From Acidobacteriota bacterium (lineage in GTDB: Bacteria > Acidobacteriota > UBA6911 > RPQK01 > JAJDTT01): 64,000 nucleotides of DNA. Both the position numbers and the translations under genes were made by a program. The stretch is taken from positions 3,968,001 through 4,032,000 of the forward strand of contig OZ253580.1 of NCBI GenBank assembly GCA_965263035.1, given 5' to 3'. Of the stretch, positions 38,269 to 48,674 are shown in pieces (the stretch's first letter is position 1; every line of letters starts with the position of its first letter). The notes beneath the pieces were generated by a model, which saw only the letters and a list, made by a program, of their open reading frames with translations, searched no databases and was not told where the DNA came from.

Positions 38269-39810
38269 GTGAACCTGTCACCGGCCCGAGCTTTTCTGCT
38301 TGTTCCGATCCTCTGCGCTGCGGCGGCAACATCGGCCCCGGCGCAGGATTCCTACACTTATACGATAAGACCGGGCGTGCGCGAGCTGTTCCTGGACGAC
38401 TTCCATCTGGGAGCCGTCTACAACCTGGAGCGCCAGGTTCACGCCGTCGAGAAGCACCCCGGCGGGCCCGTAGTGCGGGCCGACCGTCCCTGGGAGAAGA
38501 CCCCCGCAGGCGAGAACACCTTCAGCGAGCTGGTGGAGTACTACGGTGCTCCCGGTTGGGACCCGGACGAAGGGGTCTGGAAGATGTGGTACGTCGTCGG
38601 CGACGGGCAACGGGCGGGGTTTGCCCGGTCACGGGACGGAATCCGCTGGGAGAAGCCGAATCTGGGCAAGGTGCAATACGAGGGATCCGGCGAGAACAAC
38701 CTGGTCATGGTCGAGGGAGATCCCAGGGCCCTGATCGTCCACGTGCTCATGGATCCGAACGCCCTGGCGGACCGCCGCTACGTCGGCTTGTGCTGGGTGG
38801 GGCGACGAGGCAGGGAGGCCATCGTGTCCTCCGACGGCTACGTATTCCGAAAGCTGGGGTACCCACCGATCCCGGGACAGGACACGTCCCATCTGAACTA
38901 TGACGAAAAAGGGGGACGTTACCTGCTGACCGTCAAGCATCCCGGCCCCTTCGGCCGCTCCGTCTATCTTTCGTTGAGCCGCGATCTGCGGGAGTGGACT
39001 CCCCACGAGCTCATCTTGCATGCCGACCTGCGGGATCAGGAGTTGGGACGGGAGCGGATCCGCACGCATTTGTCCGACCCCGGGCTCCACACTCCCACCT
39101 ACCATCGTCCCCAGGAGTACCGGACCGAGATCTACAACATGCCCGTCTTTCCCTACGAGAGCCTCTACATCGGGCTGCCCACCCTCTTCGAGGCCAGTGG
39201 CAACATCCCCCTGCCGCGGGGCAATCAGGACGGGTTCAACTCGGTCAAGCTGGCCAGCAGCCGGGATCTCAAACACTGGAACAAAGTGGGCCGGCGCGAG
39301 TCCTTCATTCCCGTCTCCCGGTTGTCGGAAGGACGGCTGGACACGGTGCAGGTCCTGGCCGCCTCCCGTCCGGTGGTGAAGGAAAAGGAGCTCTGGTTCT
39401 ACTATTCGGGCATCCAGGAACGGTTCACCCCCGACGGTGCCTATCACGGAGCCATCTTTCTGGCCAAGCTTCGGCGCGACGGTTTTGTCTCCTTCCGGGC
39501 CGGTGCCGAGGGAGGCTTCGTGGAGACTCGTCCGCTCCGGTTTCACGGAGACCGCCTGTTCTGCAACGTGGACGCCCGCGGCGGTGAACTGACGGTGGAG
39601 GTGGTGCCGCCGTCCAGAAGGAGAACCGAGTTGCAAGAGTGGGCCGGAAAGCGGTCTCGGCCCATCCGGGGGGACCGGCTGGAGGCGGAAGTGACGTGGG
39701 ATGGAAGAGACGACCTCCGGGAACTGAACGGCAAGGTCCTCCGTCTGCGTTTTCACCTCACGGACGCCGATTTCTACTCCTTCTGGTCGGAATCGGGTAG
39801 GAAGCCATAG
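38269..39810 (+). CDS. Exported beta-propeller glycoside hydrolase-like protein (paralog of 23528-25042)
   Basis: KMWY, SRDGIRWEKPNLG, LRRDGFVSF. Confidence 0.75.
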   Translation: MNLSPARAFLLVPILCAAAATSAPAQDSYTYTIRPGVRELFLDDFHLGAVYNLERQVHAVEKHPGGPVVRADRPWEKTPAGENTFSELVEYYGAPGWDPDEGVWKMWYVVGDGQRAGFARSRDGIRWEKPNLGKVQYEGSGENNLVMVEGDPRALIVHVLMDPNALADRRYVGLCWVGRRGREAIVSSDGYVFRKLGYPPIPGQDTSHLNYDEKGGRYLLTVKHPGPFGRSVYLSLSRDLREWTPHELILHADLRDQELGRERIRTHLSDPGLHTPTYHRPQEYRTEIYNMPVFPYESLYIGLPTLFEASGNIPLPRGNQDGFNSVKLASSRDLKHWNKVGRRESFIPVSRLSEGRLDTVQVLAASRPVVKEKELWFYYSGIQERFTPDGAYHGAIFLAKLRRDGFVSFRAGAEGGFVETRPLRFHGDRLFCNVDARGGELTVEVVPPSRRRTELQEWAGKRSRPIRGDRLEAEVTWDGRDDLRELNGKVLRLRFHLTDADFYSFWSESGRKP

Positions 39811-39949
39811 TCTCCGGAGGCGCTTCAGTTGGCGCCCCAAGCTGCTCCGGGATGAGGTTCGCTCGGCGCAAAGATGTCCTGCGCCGATGAGTGTGGGAAG
39901 AGACTGCGAATATTGAATCGTGGTCCGGATGGGAAGTCCGGCCCCTGGA

Positions 39950-41182
39950 TCAGCGCCGGCCCAGGAGTTGGGACAACTGGGACATGGCCGGATGAGCAGT
40001 CGATACGGCAGACGGCATGCTTTCATACCGATCCAGCAGTTCCGACTCAGCAAATAGTTGTGGCCAGTCCAGGTTGGCGGCGATTCGTCCTCCATCCAAC
40101 ATGACGGCGGATAGTTCCAACAGGCCGAACAGATCTCTCGCCATTGCGCGATCGGGATGCTTGAGACCCAGGTAAAGCGCTCGTCCCCGATTCACCAGGT
40201 CGCGCGGTTCTGTTGGGCCGGTGTCCAGCAGGATCTCCAGGATCTCCAGCTGGCGCTGGGCCAGAACTCGACGGCGAGGACTGCGTAGTTTCCCAAACAA
40301 CAATCTGGCGAATTCCCGGAACAGCACTCGCCGATGGTTGGTGGCGATGGCCTCGGCGACCACGTTGCATCTCTCGGCCACCGCCGGCAGCGCAAACTTC
40401 AGGAACGGCGTCAGATCGTGTCCGTTCTTCCGGGTTTCGTACAGAGCGGTCAGGTATTCGTCTTTGTGTTCGTAGTAGTAGTTGGACAGGCTGACCATGA
40501 TCACGTCGTTGATGCCGGCCCGCCGCAGCATGAACGCTTCCAGGGCACGGGCGGTGCGGCCGTTTCCGTCGCCGAAGGGGTGCATCGCGCCGATGTGGTA
40601 GTGAGCGGCGATGGCCTGAATGAGGCGGTCGTGGGGCCGAAACTCTCCGGCGATGGCGGCAGCGACGCCGTCGAAGGCGGCGCGGCATTCATGGCCGCCC
40701 TCAGCACCCCGGCGGCGTGGCGTCCCGAAGGTGACGTTGCACCCGTCTGGACGTGTCCTGCCCGGTTCGCAATGATCATCGTCGCATCCGGTCACGATGC
40801 GCCGGTGGATTTCCCGGATGAACTCGGCGCTTACCGGCTGTTCGGCGGGTCGCGAGCGCAGCCAGCGGTAGGTGGCGTCGGCGGCCCGCAGCTGACGTTG
40901 GGAATGGGTCAATCTAGTCGTCGCAGTCAAGGTGGGAGCGAGGGCTTCGTCCTGTTCGTGCTGCGTGAACTGGGCGCCTTCGATGCGCGAGGTGCCGGCC
41001 GCTTCCAATCGCAACTGCTCCTCGTGCACCTGCTCGATCCACTGGGGAAGATACGGCATCTGATTCAGAATGCCGCCGGCGGTTCTGGCCTCGATCAGCA
41101 GCTGGAAAACGGCAGAGGGGTCGTAGTGCACCCATCGCCGGGGGACCCTATAGCGACTGACGTTTTCAGCGGTCATTTCCAT
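39950..41182 (-). CDS. Fic-family protein
   Basis: HPFGDGNGRTAR catalytic motif; N-terminal TSRIEG inhibitory motif. Confidence 0.92.
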   Translation of the reverse strand: MEMTAENVSRYRVPRRWVHYDPSAVFQLLIEARTAGGILNQMPYLPQWIEQVHEEQLRLEAAGTSRIEGAQFTQHEQDEALAPTLTATTRLTHSQRQLRAADATYRWLRSRPAEQPVSAEFIREIHRRIVTGCDDDHCEPGRTRPDGCNVTFGTPRRRGAEGGHECRAAFDGVAAAIAGEFRPHDRLIQAIAAHYHIGAMHPFGDGNGRTARALEAFMLRRAGINDVIMVSLSNYYYEHKDEYLTALYETRKNGHDLTPFLKFALPAVAERCNVVAEAIATNHRRVLFREFARLLFGKLRSPRRRVLAQRQLEILEILLDTGPTEPRDLVNRGRALYLGLKHPDRAMARDLFGLLELSAVMLDGGRIAANLDWPQLFAESELLDRYESMPSAVSTAHPAMSQLSQLLGRR

Positions 41183-41481
41183 ATTATTTCTAGTTCATTT
41201 CAGGTTCATTTTTTTGGAACCCAACTATTTTAAGCTATTTAAACCAGTAATTGGTACATTCATCTCGGTCTCATTTCCAGTTCGTTTCGCTCTTGTTTCT
41301 GCCGTCTTCCAGGAATCGAGTCCGTGTTCCGAGAAATACCTTTCCTGGTGACCGTACTGTGACAGTCGGGACGTCGCGGGGAGACTCAGCGTTTGATAGG
41401 GTCCGATTCAACCGGAGGGCCGCCGCCCGGCCCGGCCATGAATTGCCGGAAGTTTGCTTGGACCTTCGTAGGGAGTTTCCG

Positions 41482-41583
41482 TTACGAGTCTCCGAGTTCG
41501 AAGAGCCGGAACTTCACGCGGTGCCCCGTCGGTCGTGCCAGTTTGGAGTCGCAAGTGACGATCGAAGCGTCGATTACCAGCAT
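41482..41583 (-). pseudogene. Internally deleted VapC/PIN toxin
   Basis: MLVIDAS joined directly to IVTCDSKLARPTGHRVKF, the N- and C-terminal motifs of VapC. Confidence 0.65.
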
Positions 41584-41608
41584 CCAAGTCGACCCTTGCA
41601 GGAGCTAG

Positions 41609-41717
41609 GAGGCTGTCCGAGAACTCGAAAAATCATAGTTTTTTAAAACTTAACCCTTTATAAATCAATAGTTTACAAACAAGACTTTTTGAAAATAGTC
41701 TATTCTCGGACAGCCTC
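41609..41717. mobile_element. MITE B (109 bp, AT-rich core)
   Basis: Perfect 15-bp IRs GAGGCTGTCCGAGAA and TTCTCGGACAGCCTC; CTAG duplicated at 41605-41608 and 41718-41721; IHF consensus AATCAATAGTTTA at 41663-41675. Confidence 0.88.
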
Positions 41718-41945
41718 CTAGCCACGCTCGCGCAACTCACGGATGACCCGGGCGGCGTTCGGTTCCAGTTGGACCGGCTCCCTCAGGAGCAAGCGTTGGC
41801 GAAGCTCCCGGCGGGTCGGACGCTTGGCGAATTTTTCCAACTCTGCGAGCAGGAAAGCCGACAGCGACGTGCCCTCGAGGGCCGCCTTCGCTTTGAGGGT
41901 CCGATACAGTTCGGTGGGAACGTTGGGCACCTGAAGATTGGGCAC
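41718..41945 (-). CDS. FitA/VapB-like RHH antitoxin
   Basis: LQVPNVPTELYRTLKAKAALEGTSLSAFLLAEL. Confidence 0.8.
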   Translation of the reverse strand: MPNLQVPNVPTELYRTLKAKAALEGTSLSAFLLAELEKFAKRPTRRELRQRLLLREPVQLEPNAARVIRELRERG

Positions 41946-42048
41946 GCATCCATCAAACTTGCATGAAATCTGCATGTTGACTGCTGAGATGGGAACCCCT
42001 CGACGTTTCCCCTTTCGACCAGTAACCTGACCTGCTAGGAGGTGCGCA

Positions 42049-43584
42049 GTGACTTTCCAGTGTTCGTGGAGAATTGTTGGCATTGCGGTGTCGTTGTTCC
42101 TGGCATTGTCGGGACCGGCTCTCGCCGAGGTCCGGTTGCCGGCCGCGATCTCGGAACACATGCTGCTGCAGCATGGGGTTCCGGTGCGGATCTGGGGTTG
42201 GGCCGGCGCCGGCGAGACCGTCCAGGTGAGTTTCCGAGGCCGCAGTTACACGGCGACCGCGCCGTTGCCCGGGGATTCGGGTGACTGGGAGGTGCATCTG
42301 GCCCCCTCGGAAGCGGGTGGCCCCTTTCGTCTGGAGGTCCGGGGGACCAACACCATCACCCTGAAAGACGTTCTGGTGGGCGACGTCTGGGTGGCTTCGG
42401 GTCAGTCCAACATGGACTGGTCGGTCCGGCGCTCGAAAAATCCGGATGAGGAGATCGCCCAGGCCAACTTTCCCAGGATCCGGCTCTTCAAGGTCACCCG
42501 CAAGGTGGCCGACTCGCCGCTGGAGGACGTGGAAGGGGCATGGCAGCCCTGTTCTCCCGAGTCGGTGGGCGAATTCTCGGCCGTCGGCTACTACTTCGCC
42601 CGCCATCTGCACCGGAAGCTGGGTCACCCCGTCGGGGTGATCCAGACGGCGTGGGGAGGAACCCCGGCGGAGGCCTGGGTGAGCCGGCCCCGCTTGGAGT
42701 CCGACCCCCGCCTGACCTCGACACTGGAGGCCTGGAAGCAGGTGCTGGCCGAATATCCGGAACGGCAGAAGGAGCACTTGGCGGAGGTGGCTCGCTGGGA
42801 ACGGGAGGCCGCGGCCGCCAGGAAAAAGGGCGAGCCGGAGCCTCGCCGTCCCCGCCGCCCTCTGGGGCCGGGGCACCCGTGGACGCCTGGCGGGCTCTAC
42901 AACGCCATGATCGCTCCCCTCGTGCCTTACGCCGTCCGCGGCGCCATCTGGTACCAGGGTGAGAACAACGCGCACCGGGCGGAGGCCCAACTCTACCGTT
43001 CGCTGTTCCCGGCTCTGATCCAGGATTGGAGAGCGCATTGGAGAGTGGGTCCGTTCCCCTTCCTGTTCGTCCAGTTGGCCAATTTCGACAATACCCCCGA
43101 GGGCAGCGAATGGCCCGAGCTCCGGGAGGCCCAGCTCATGACGCTGAGCGTCCGGAACACGGGCATGGCGGTCATCATCGATATCGGCGATCCGGAAGAC
43201 ATCCATCCCAAGAACAAACAGGACGTGGGCAAGCGTCTGGCTCTGGCGGCCCGCTCCCTGGCCCACGGCGAGGACCTGGTCTATTCGGGACCCATCTTCC
43301 GCCGGGTCACGGCCGAAGGAACCGGACTGCGGATTTGGTTCGACCATGTGGGAGGTGGACTCGAGAGCCGGGGGGGAGAGTTGAAAGGCTTTGAGGTCGC
43401 CGGAGCCGACCGCCGCTTCGTGCCGGCGGCCGCCCGTATCGAGTCCGGTACGGTGGTGGTCTCCAGTCCTGAGGTGGAGCGAGTCGTGGCCGCCCGTTAC
43501 GGCTGGAGCGACAGTCCCGTCTGCAACCTGTACAACGCCGAGGGGCTTCCCGCCTCGCCCTTCCGCAGCGACGACTGGGAATAG
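42049..43584 (+). CDS. Sialate O-acetylesterase (SGNH)
   Basis: GDVWVASGQSNM, WYQGENN, DIHPKNK. Confidence 0.92.
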   Translation: MTFQCSWRIVGIAVSLFLALSGPALAEVRLPAAISEHMLLQHGVPVRIWGWAGAGETVQVSFRGRSYTATAPLPGDSGDWEVHLAPSEAGGPFRLEVRGTNTITLKDVLVGDVWVASGQSNMDWSVRRSKNPDEEIAQANFPRIRLFKVTRKVADSPLEDVEGAWQPCSPESVGEFSAVGYYFARHLHRKLGHPVGVIQTAWGGTPAEAWVSRPRLESDPRLTSTLEAWKQVLAEYPERQKEHLAEVARWEREAAAARKKGEPEPRRPRRPLGPGHPWTPGGLYNAMIAPLVPYAVRGAIWYQGENNAHRAEAQLYRSLFPALIQDWRAHWRVGPFPFLFVQLANFDNTPEGSEWPELREAQLMTLSVRNTGMAVIIDIGDPEDIHPKNKQDVGKRLALAARSLAHGEDLVYSGPIFRRVTAEGTGLRIWFDHVGGGLESRGGELKGFEVAGADRRFVPAAARIESGTVVVSSPEVERVVAARYGWSDSPVCNLYNAEGLPASPFRSDDWE

Positions 43585-43605
43585 CGGGTCCGGGCCGGCG
43601 CCGGG

Positions 43606-44592
43606 TCAGCCGCCGGCGAAGGCGGGCATGACCCGGCCGGCGAAAAGTTCCATGGACTCCAGCATCTCCCGTTGGGAGACGCCCTGGTGCTGGCAGTGGT
43701 AGACGAGGGTGTCGGCGCCCATGTCGCGATAGACGGCCACCTGCTCGATGCACTCCTCGGGCGTCCCCAGGATGAGGCGGTCCTGGAAGTCGTCCAGCCG
43801 CCCGTACCTGTACCGCGTCCCCTCCGGAGTTTCCTTCATCCAGCCGGAATAGCGCCGGTATTGGGTGAGCAGCGGCTTTTCCACCAGCGCTCGGGCCCGG
43901 GCCCGGCTCTTGGCCACGAAGCCCAAGCGGGGCACCACCAGGGTCCCCTGCTTGCCGAACTCGTCCAGGGCGTTCCGATAGACCCGGATCTTCTCCCGGA
44001 GCTCACGCCGGCCGAGGCTGGCGCTGGGAATCCAGCCGTCCGCCAGCCGGGCCGAACGGCGAACGACCCGATCGGCGGTGCCGCCGATCCAGATGGGAGG
44101 GCGGGGTTTCCGGACCGGCAGGGGGCCGATGCGGACGTTTTGGCACTGGAAGAACTTCCCCGAGAAGGTAACCGACTCGCCGGCCCAGAGCCGGGAGATG
44201 ACCTCCAGGTTCTCCAGGAACCGGCCCCGCCGTTGCCGTAACTGGACGGCCGAGATGGCCAGCTCCTGCTCCCGGTACCCCAGAACCAGCCCGAAGATGA
44301 GCCGCCCGCCCGAGATCACGTCCACATGCGCCGCCTGCTCGGCAAGCAGGATCGGGTTGTAGATGGGCAGGATGAATCCGCTGGAGCAGAGCTGGATCCG
44401 GCTGGTGACCGGAGCCAGGGCGGCCAGGGTGGTGAGCATCTCGTGGAAGCCCGAGGGCCAGAGGTGCCGGTCGCCCAGGCAGACCAGGTCGAAGCCCAAC
44501 TCCTCCGCCACCTGGACCCTCTCCCGGAGCTGGTCGAAGCTGGCTTGTCCGGAGTCGGTGAAGGTCTGCCCGAGTATGATTCCAAAGTTCAT
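43606..44592 (-). CDS. LLM-class flavin-dependent oxidoreductase
   Basis: NPILLAEQAAHVDVISGGR, PPIWIGG. Confidence 0.9.
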   Translation of the reverse strand: MNFGIILGQTFTDSGQASFDQLRERVQVAEELGFDLVCLGDRHLWPSGFHEMLTTLAALAPVTSRIQLCSSGFILPIYNPILLAEQAAHVDVISGGRLIFGLVLGYREQELAISAVQLRQRRGRFLENLEVISRLWAGESVTFSGKFFQCQNVRIGPLPVRKPRPPIWIGGTADRVVRRSARLADGWIPSASLGRRELREKIRVYRNALDEFGKQGTLVVPRLGFVAKSRARARALVEKPLLTQYRRYSGWMKETPEGTRYRYGRLDDFQDRLILGTPEECIEQVAVYRDMGADTLVYHCQHQGVSQREMLESMELFAGRVMPAFAGG

Positions 44593-44784
44593 GCCTGTAC
44601 TTTTCGCTGCTGTCTGGACCCTGGTCAATCTCACCACGGATATCCGGGATGCCCAGGGGGTTACGGGCCGATATTCTACTGAAGGGGGGGCCAGGAAGGT
44701 ATCCTGTCGGTCGGAACCTCCGGTCATTCGGTTCTACCGTAAGCTGTGCAGCGGGATCGCGACCGGCGGGTGGCGAGGCGGAAC

Positions 44785-46620
44785 GTGACGGCAATACTGG
44801 GAATTTCGGCCTTTTACCACGACTCGGCGGCGGCTCTGGTCCGGGACGGCGAGATCGTGGCGGCCGCCCAGGAGGAGCGATTCAGCCGCAAGAAGCATGA
44901 CGCCTCCTTTCCCGCCCAGGCCATCGAATACTGCCTGAGGGAAGCCGGTCTCACTCCGGGCGATCTGGACTACGTGGGTTTCTACGACAAGCCCCTGATG
45001 AAGTTCGAGAGACTCCTGGAGACCTACCTGGCCTTCGCCCCCAGGGGGTTCTCCTCGTTCGTGAAGGCGATGCCGGTCTGGCTCCGGGAAAAGCTTCATC
45101 TTCCCGGACAGATGACCCGGGGGCTCGACCGGGCCTACCGCAGGCGGTTCATCTTCACCGAGCATCACGAGTCCCACGCGGCCAGCGCCTTCTTCCCCTC
45201 ACCGTTTCGGGAAGCGGCCATTCTGACCGTGGACGGGGTGGGGGAATGGGCCACCGCCGCGTACGGTGCCGGAAAGGACAACCGGATCCGGCTGACCCAC
45301 GAGCTTCGCTTTCCCCATTCGCCCGGGCTGCTCTATTCCGCCTTCACCTATTTCTGCGGATTCCGCGTGAACTCGGGGGAGTACAAGCTCATGGGGCTGG
45401 CGCCCTACGGCGAACCCCGATACGTGGACCTGATCCTCCGGCGCCTGATCGACCTGAAGCAGGACGGCTCCTTTCGCATGGACATGTCCTGCTTCAACTA
45501 CTGCCAGGGCCTGACCATGACCTCCCGCAAGTTCGAGCGTCTCTTCGGCGGACCCCCCAGGAAGCCCGAGTCGCCGCTGACGCAGCGGGAGATGGACCTG
45601 GCAGCCTCCATCCAGCGGGTCATGGAGGAGATCCTGCTCCGGATGGCTCGGCACGTCCACTCCCGGACCGGGCAGTCGAACCTCTGCCTGGCCGGCGGCG
45701 TCGCCCTCAACTGCGTGGCGAACGGACGGATTCTCAGGGAAGGTCCCTTCGGGGAGATCTGGGTTCAGCCCGCGGCCGGTGACGCCGGCGGCGCCCTGGG
45801 AACGGCCCTCTTCATCTGGCACCAGCTCCTGGGAAACTCGCGCCGTCCCCGGACGCCGGACGGACAGTCGGGTTCTCTTCTCGGTCCCTCCTATGCGGAG
45901 CCGGAGATCCGATCCTTTCTCGACCGGGTGGGGGCTGACTACCAACGGATCGACGATCCCGAGGCGCTGGTGCGGCGTGTGGCCCAGGTCATGGCCGACC
46001 AGAAGGTAGTGGGGTGGATGCAGGGGCGCATGGAGTTCGGACCCCGGGCCCTGGGAAGCCGGAGCATCCTGGGAGACGCCAGAAGCGGCCGCATGCAGTC
46101 GGTGATGAACCTCAAGATCAAGTTTCGGGAGTCCTTCCGGCCCTTCGCTCCGTCGGTCATGAGGGAGCATGTGGACGAGTATTTCGAGATGCGGCCCGAA
46201 GAAGACAGTCCATACATGCTGCTGGTGGCTCCGGTGAAGGCTTCCAAGCGGATAGCTTCGGACGGGGAGACGGGTCTAACTGGTCTGGACAAGCTCAACG
46301 TCGCTCGCTCCGTGGTCCCGGCCATCACCCACGTGGACCACTCGGCCCGGGTGCAGACCGTCGACTCGGAGAGGCATGGGGACTACTATCGGCTGCTGCG
46401 GGAGTTCGAGCGCATGACCGGGTGTCCCGTGGTCATCAACACCAGCTTCAACGTCCGGGGCGAGCCCATCGTCTGTTCTCCCGAGCAGGCCTACCGCTGC
46501 TTCATGTCCACCAACATGGACGTCCTGGTCATGGAGAGCTTCATCCTGTTCAAGGACCGGCAGCCTCAGGCCCGCCAGTACGAAGTCGGCGCCTACCTGG
46601 CACAGTTCGAACTGGACTAA
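44785..46620 (+). CDS. O-carbamoyltransferase (CmcH/NodU, SxtI-like)
   Basis: GISAFYHDSAA, EHHESHAASAF, EYKLMGLAPYG, EFGPRALG, NTSFNVRGEP. Confidence 0.94.
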   Translation: MTAILGISAFYHDSAAALVRDGEIVAAAQEERFSRKKHDASFPAQAIEYCLREAGLTPGDLDYVGFYDKPLMKFERLLETYLAFAPRGFSSFVKAMPVWLREKLHLPGQMTRGLDRAYRRRFIFTEHHESHAASAFFPSPFREAAILTVDGVGEWATAAYGAGKDNRIRLTHELRFPHSPGLLYSAFTYFCGFRVNSGEYKLMGLAPYGEPRYVDLILRRLIDLKQDGSFRMDMSCFNYCQGLTMTSRKFERLFGGPPRKPESPLTQREMDLAASIQRVMEEILLRMARHVHSRTGQSNLCLAGGVALNCVANGRILREGPFGEIWVQPAAGDAGGALGTALFIWHQLLGNSRRPRTPDGQSGSLLGPSYAEPEIRSFLDRVGADYQRIDDPEALVRRVAQVMADQKVVGWMQGRMEFGPRALGSRSILGDARSGRMQSVMNLKIKFRESFRPFAPSVMREHVDEYFEMRPEEDSPYMLLVAPVKASKRIASDGETGLTGLDKLNVARSVVPAITHVDHSARVQTVDSERHGDYYRLLREFERMTGCPVVINTSFNVRGEPIVCSPEQAYRCFMSTNMDVLVMESFILFKDRQPQARQYEVGAYLAQFELD

Positions 46621-46888
46621 GTGACCTTGGTGCGAGCACCGCGTCGCATCGTGATCTGTGGAGCGGGACGGACAAACGGTGACCGTGTGGAGGCGAACCT
46701 TGTCGTCGCCCGTCCCCTACCGACAGCCGGCATGCAGCGCCAGCATGCAGTTTGGCGACTCTCTTGTTCAATGCGTCCGAAATTGTCCGAAAAACGACTG
46801 GGACATCAGTGTGGACACGGTGTGTTCTCGCCGTGTGGTCGGGCGTTGCGATGAATCGTATCTTCGCCTTGAATCCCAATCAGGGACC

Positions 46889-47357
46889 CTATCGGCTCTG
46901 ATCGACATAGGCGAATCTGATCCAAACACGATTCAGGTGATCGAAGTCTTTGTCGGTCGACAGGAGTGTCGCCCTGGTTTCATGAGCGGTCGCTGCAATC
47001 CAGAGATCATTTTGTGTCATTGGGATAGCCGGTCTTGGAGGAGGGGTCTGCGCGGGAGCGGCCACAGGTTTCCCGTGGGTCCAGGCATCAATCAGAGCAT
47101 ACGCACTCAAAACGCCCCTCTTGTTTAATGTCAACCGTAGGAAAATCCTCCAGCACGTGCTCGAGCCGAAGCCGTTTGTTCCTACCCCAGCCATTCTTTT
47201 CAGCAAGCGCAAGAAGCTCGCCCCGGCAGATGATGGAAGTAAAGACCATCGTCTCCCTGTCTCCCCGATTGAACATCTTCCGAGCCCGAATTGCCCATGG
47301 CGCCTCCCGAACGAAACCGAGCAACGTGCCCGTGTCCAGCAGATACCGACGTTTCAT
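46889..47357 (-). pseudogene. PIN/VapC nuclease with a 1-nt frameshift near 47125
   Basis: YLLDTG in one frame; NDLWIAATA..LLSTDKDFDHL in another; extra A in ATTAAACAAG. Confidence 0.75.
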
Positions 47358-47365
47358 TGAATGGA

Positions 47366-48310
47366 TCAATCGAGCTGAGCCAGGAGTTCATCGATGGGCT
47401 CGTTGCCTGGCCACGCTCCCGCGAGAAGAATGGGATCGCTGGATAGAACCCGGCGTCTTCGCTGAGCCCGAACAGGGTCCAGCGCTTCCTCACCTTCTGC
47501 CGATGGGATCTGTTCGAACACGCTGTCCCCTTCAGCACTTCCACTCATCCGACGCGCCTCGATCCATCGCGCCTGTCCGTTAGCTTTGAAGTGAACCAGT
47601 CCCTCTACGGTAGTCGGATTTCCCCAAAGCGGGCGTAGGACCTCGGTGTCCAGCAAGTCCGGGTGCAGCTTTCCTAGGAGTTGATCGTTCCGGCCAAGCA
47701 AAAGGCGAAAGCGGCCACCACCATATTTAATTTGGTCTAGTCTGCCGCTCACAATGAACGACCTGGGTGGCGGGATGCTCCTCAACCGCTCGGATACCTG
47801 CGTACAGACGTGCTCATCCAGCACAAACCCCGAGCCTGTCGAACCCTGTGGAATCAACTCGTAGCGAATACCGGGAGTCCCCGCGGCTGTCTTGAATCTG
47901 AGAATTGCATTCAGAACGTCGGCGTCGAAATGGTCGCCCGGGGATTCGGTAGACGTGGCTTCTTCAATCGCACGTGCCGCAATATCGAGCGATGTATCAT
48001 CGAGATTCGGCTTGTCCTGCCAAAGCTCCTGTTGCGCAAGCTCCCTATAAGCCGTCTCACGAAAAAGAGGCGCCTCAATGTCGAGAATCGTCGAGCCGGA
48101 GTTCAATCCAGTGACCGTGAAGTTGACGCTTGCTTGAAGCCATTTGGGCTTCCGGCCCCTCCCGCTGCTCTGCCCGGTGACGATCAAACGGGTGGCTCGT
48201 TCCCCCATCTGTAGTAGAGCGTCCAGAATACGGCATAGGCTGGCAACCTTAATCTGCCCTGTGGGTTCTGGGAGGCCGCTGATTCGCAATTGATACCGTT
48301 GCGTGTTCAC
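47366..48310 (-). CDS. Hypothetical 314-aa protein upstream of the PIN gene
   Basis: GGAG RBS and GTG at 48310; lower GC; acidic tail AGAWPGNEPIDELLAQLD. Confidence 0.75.
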   Translation of the reverse strand: MNTQRYQLRISGLPEPTGQIKVASLCRILDALLQMGERATRLIVTGQSSGRGRKPKWLQASVNFTVTGLNSGSTILDIEAPLFRETAYRELAQQELWQDKPNLDDTSLDIAARAIEEATSTESPGDHFDADVLNAILRFKTAAGTPGIRYELIPQGSTGSGFVLDEHVCTQVSERLRSIPPPRSFIVSGRLDQIKYGGGRFRLLLGRNDQLLGKLHPDLLDTEVLRPLWGNPTTVEGLVHFKANGQARWIEARRMSGSAEGDSVFEQIPSAEGEEALDPVRAQRRRRVLSSDPILLAGAWPGNEPIDELLAQLD

Positions 48311-48355
48311 TGCAAGCTCTCCTTTCCCCGGCGCGCTAGGTTTTTGGGCCAGTAT

Positions 48356-48430
48356 AACCCTCACGTGGCGCTGCTGCCGGCGGTCAAGGAGGGAGACCAA
48401 AGTTCCGGCATCCGGCAGCAATTCACACGC
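48356..48430 (-). pseudogene. N-terminal remnant of a PIN toxin
   Basis: ELLPDAGTLVSLLDRRQQRH directly after the antitoxin; resembles the LLDTGALVSLLD start of PIN toxins. Confidence 0.5.
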
Positions 48431-48674
48431 GATGCCGAAGAGATTTCAAGATGTATTCTCGATGTCGCGTCGCCAGTTCGGGAATCCCGGAATCGAGAGA
48501 ACCCAGGAGTTCGACTACCCGTTGGGCCGGGCGCTGCCGGCTGGCACCGATGCCGAGGAACTGGCGTAGGGTCAACCGCACTATTTGTGAAGGCGTTAGT
48601 TGCAGCTTCCGAGAAGCGAGGGCCACTCCTTCGCTCAGGTCGTCGGGGATACGCACGGTCAATTGTCGTGACAT
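48423..48674 (-). CDS. CopG/RHH antitoxin
   Basis: QLTVRIPDDL...SQIVRLTLRQFL...LLGSLDSGIPELA; palindrome TGCATTACA-T-TGTAAGGCA at 48674-48692. Confidence 0.8.
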   Translation of the reverse strand: MSRQLTVRIPDDLSEGVALASRKLQLTPSQIVRLTLRQFLGIGASRQRPAQRVVELLGSLDSGIPELATRHREYILKSLRHRV

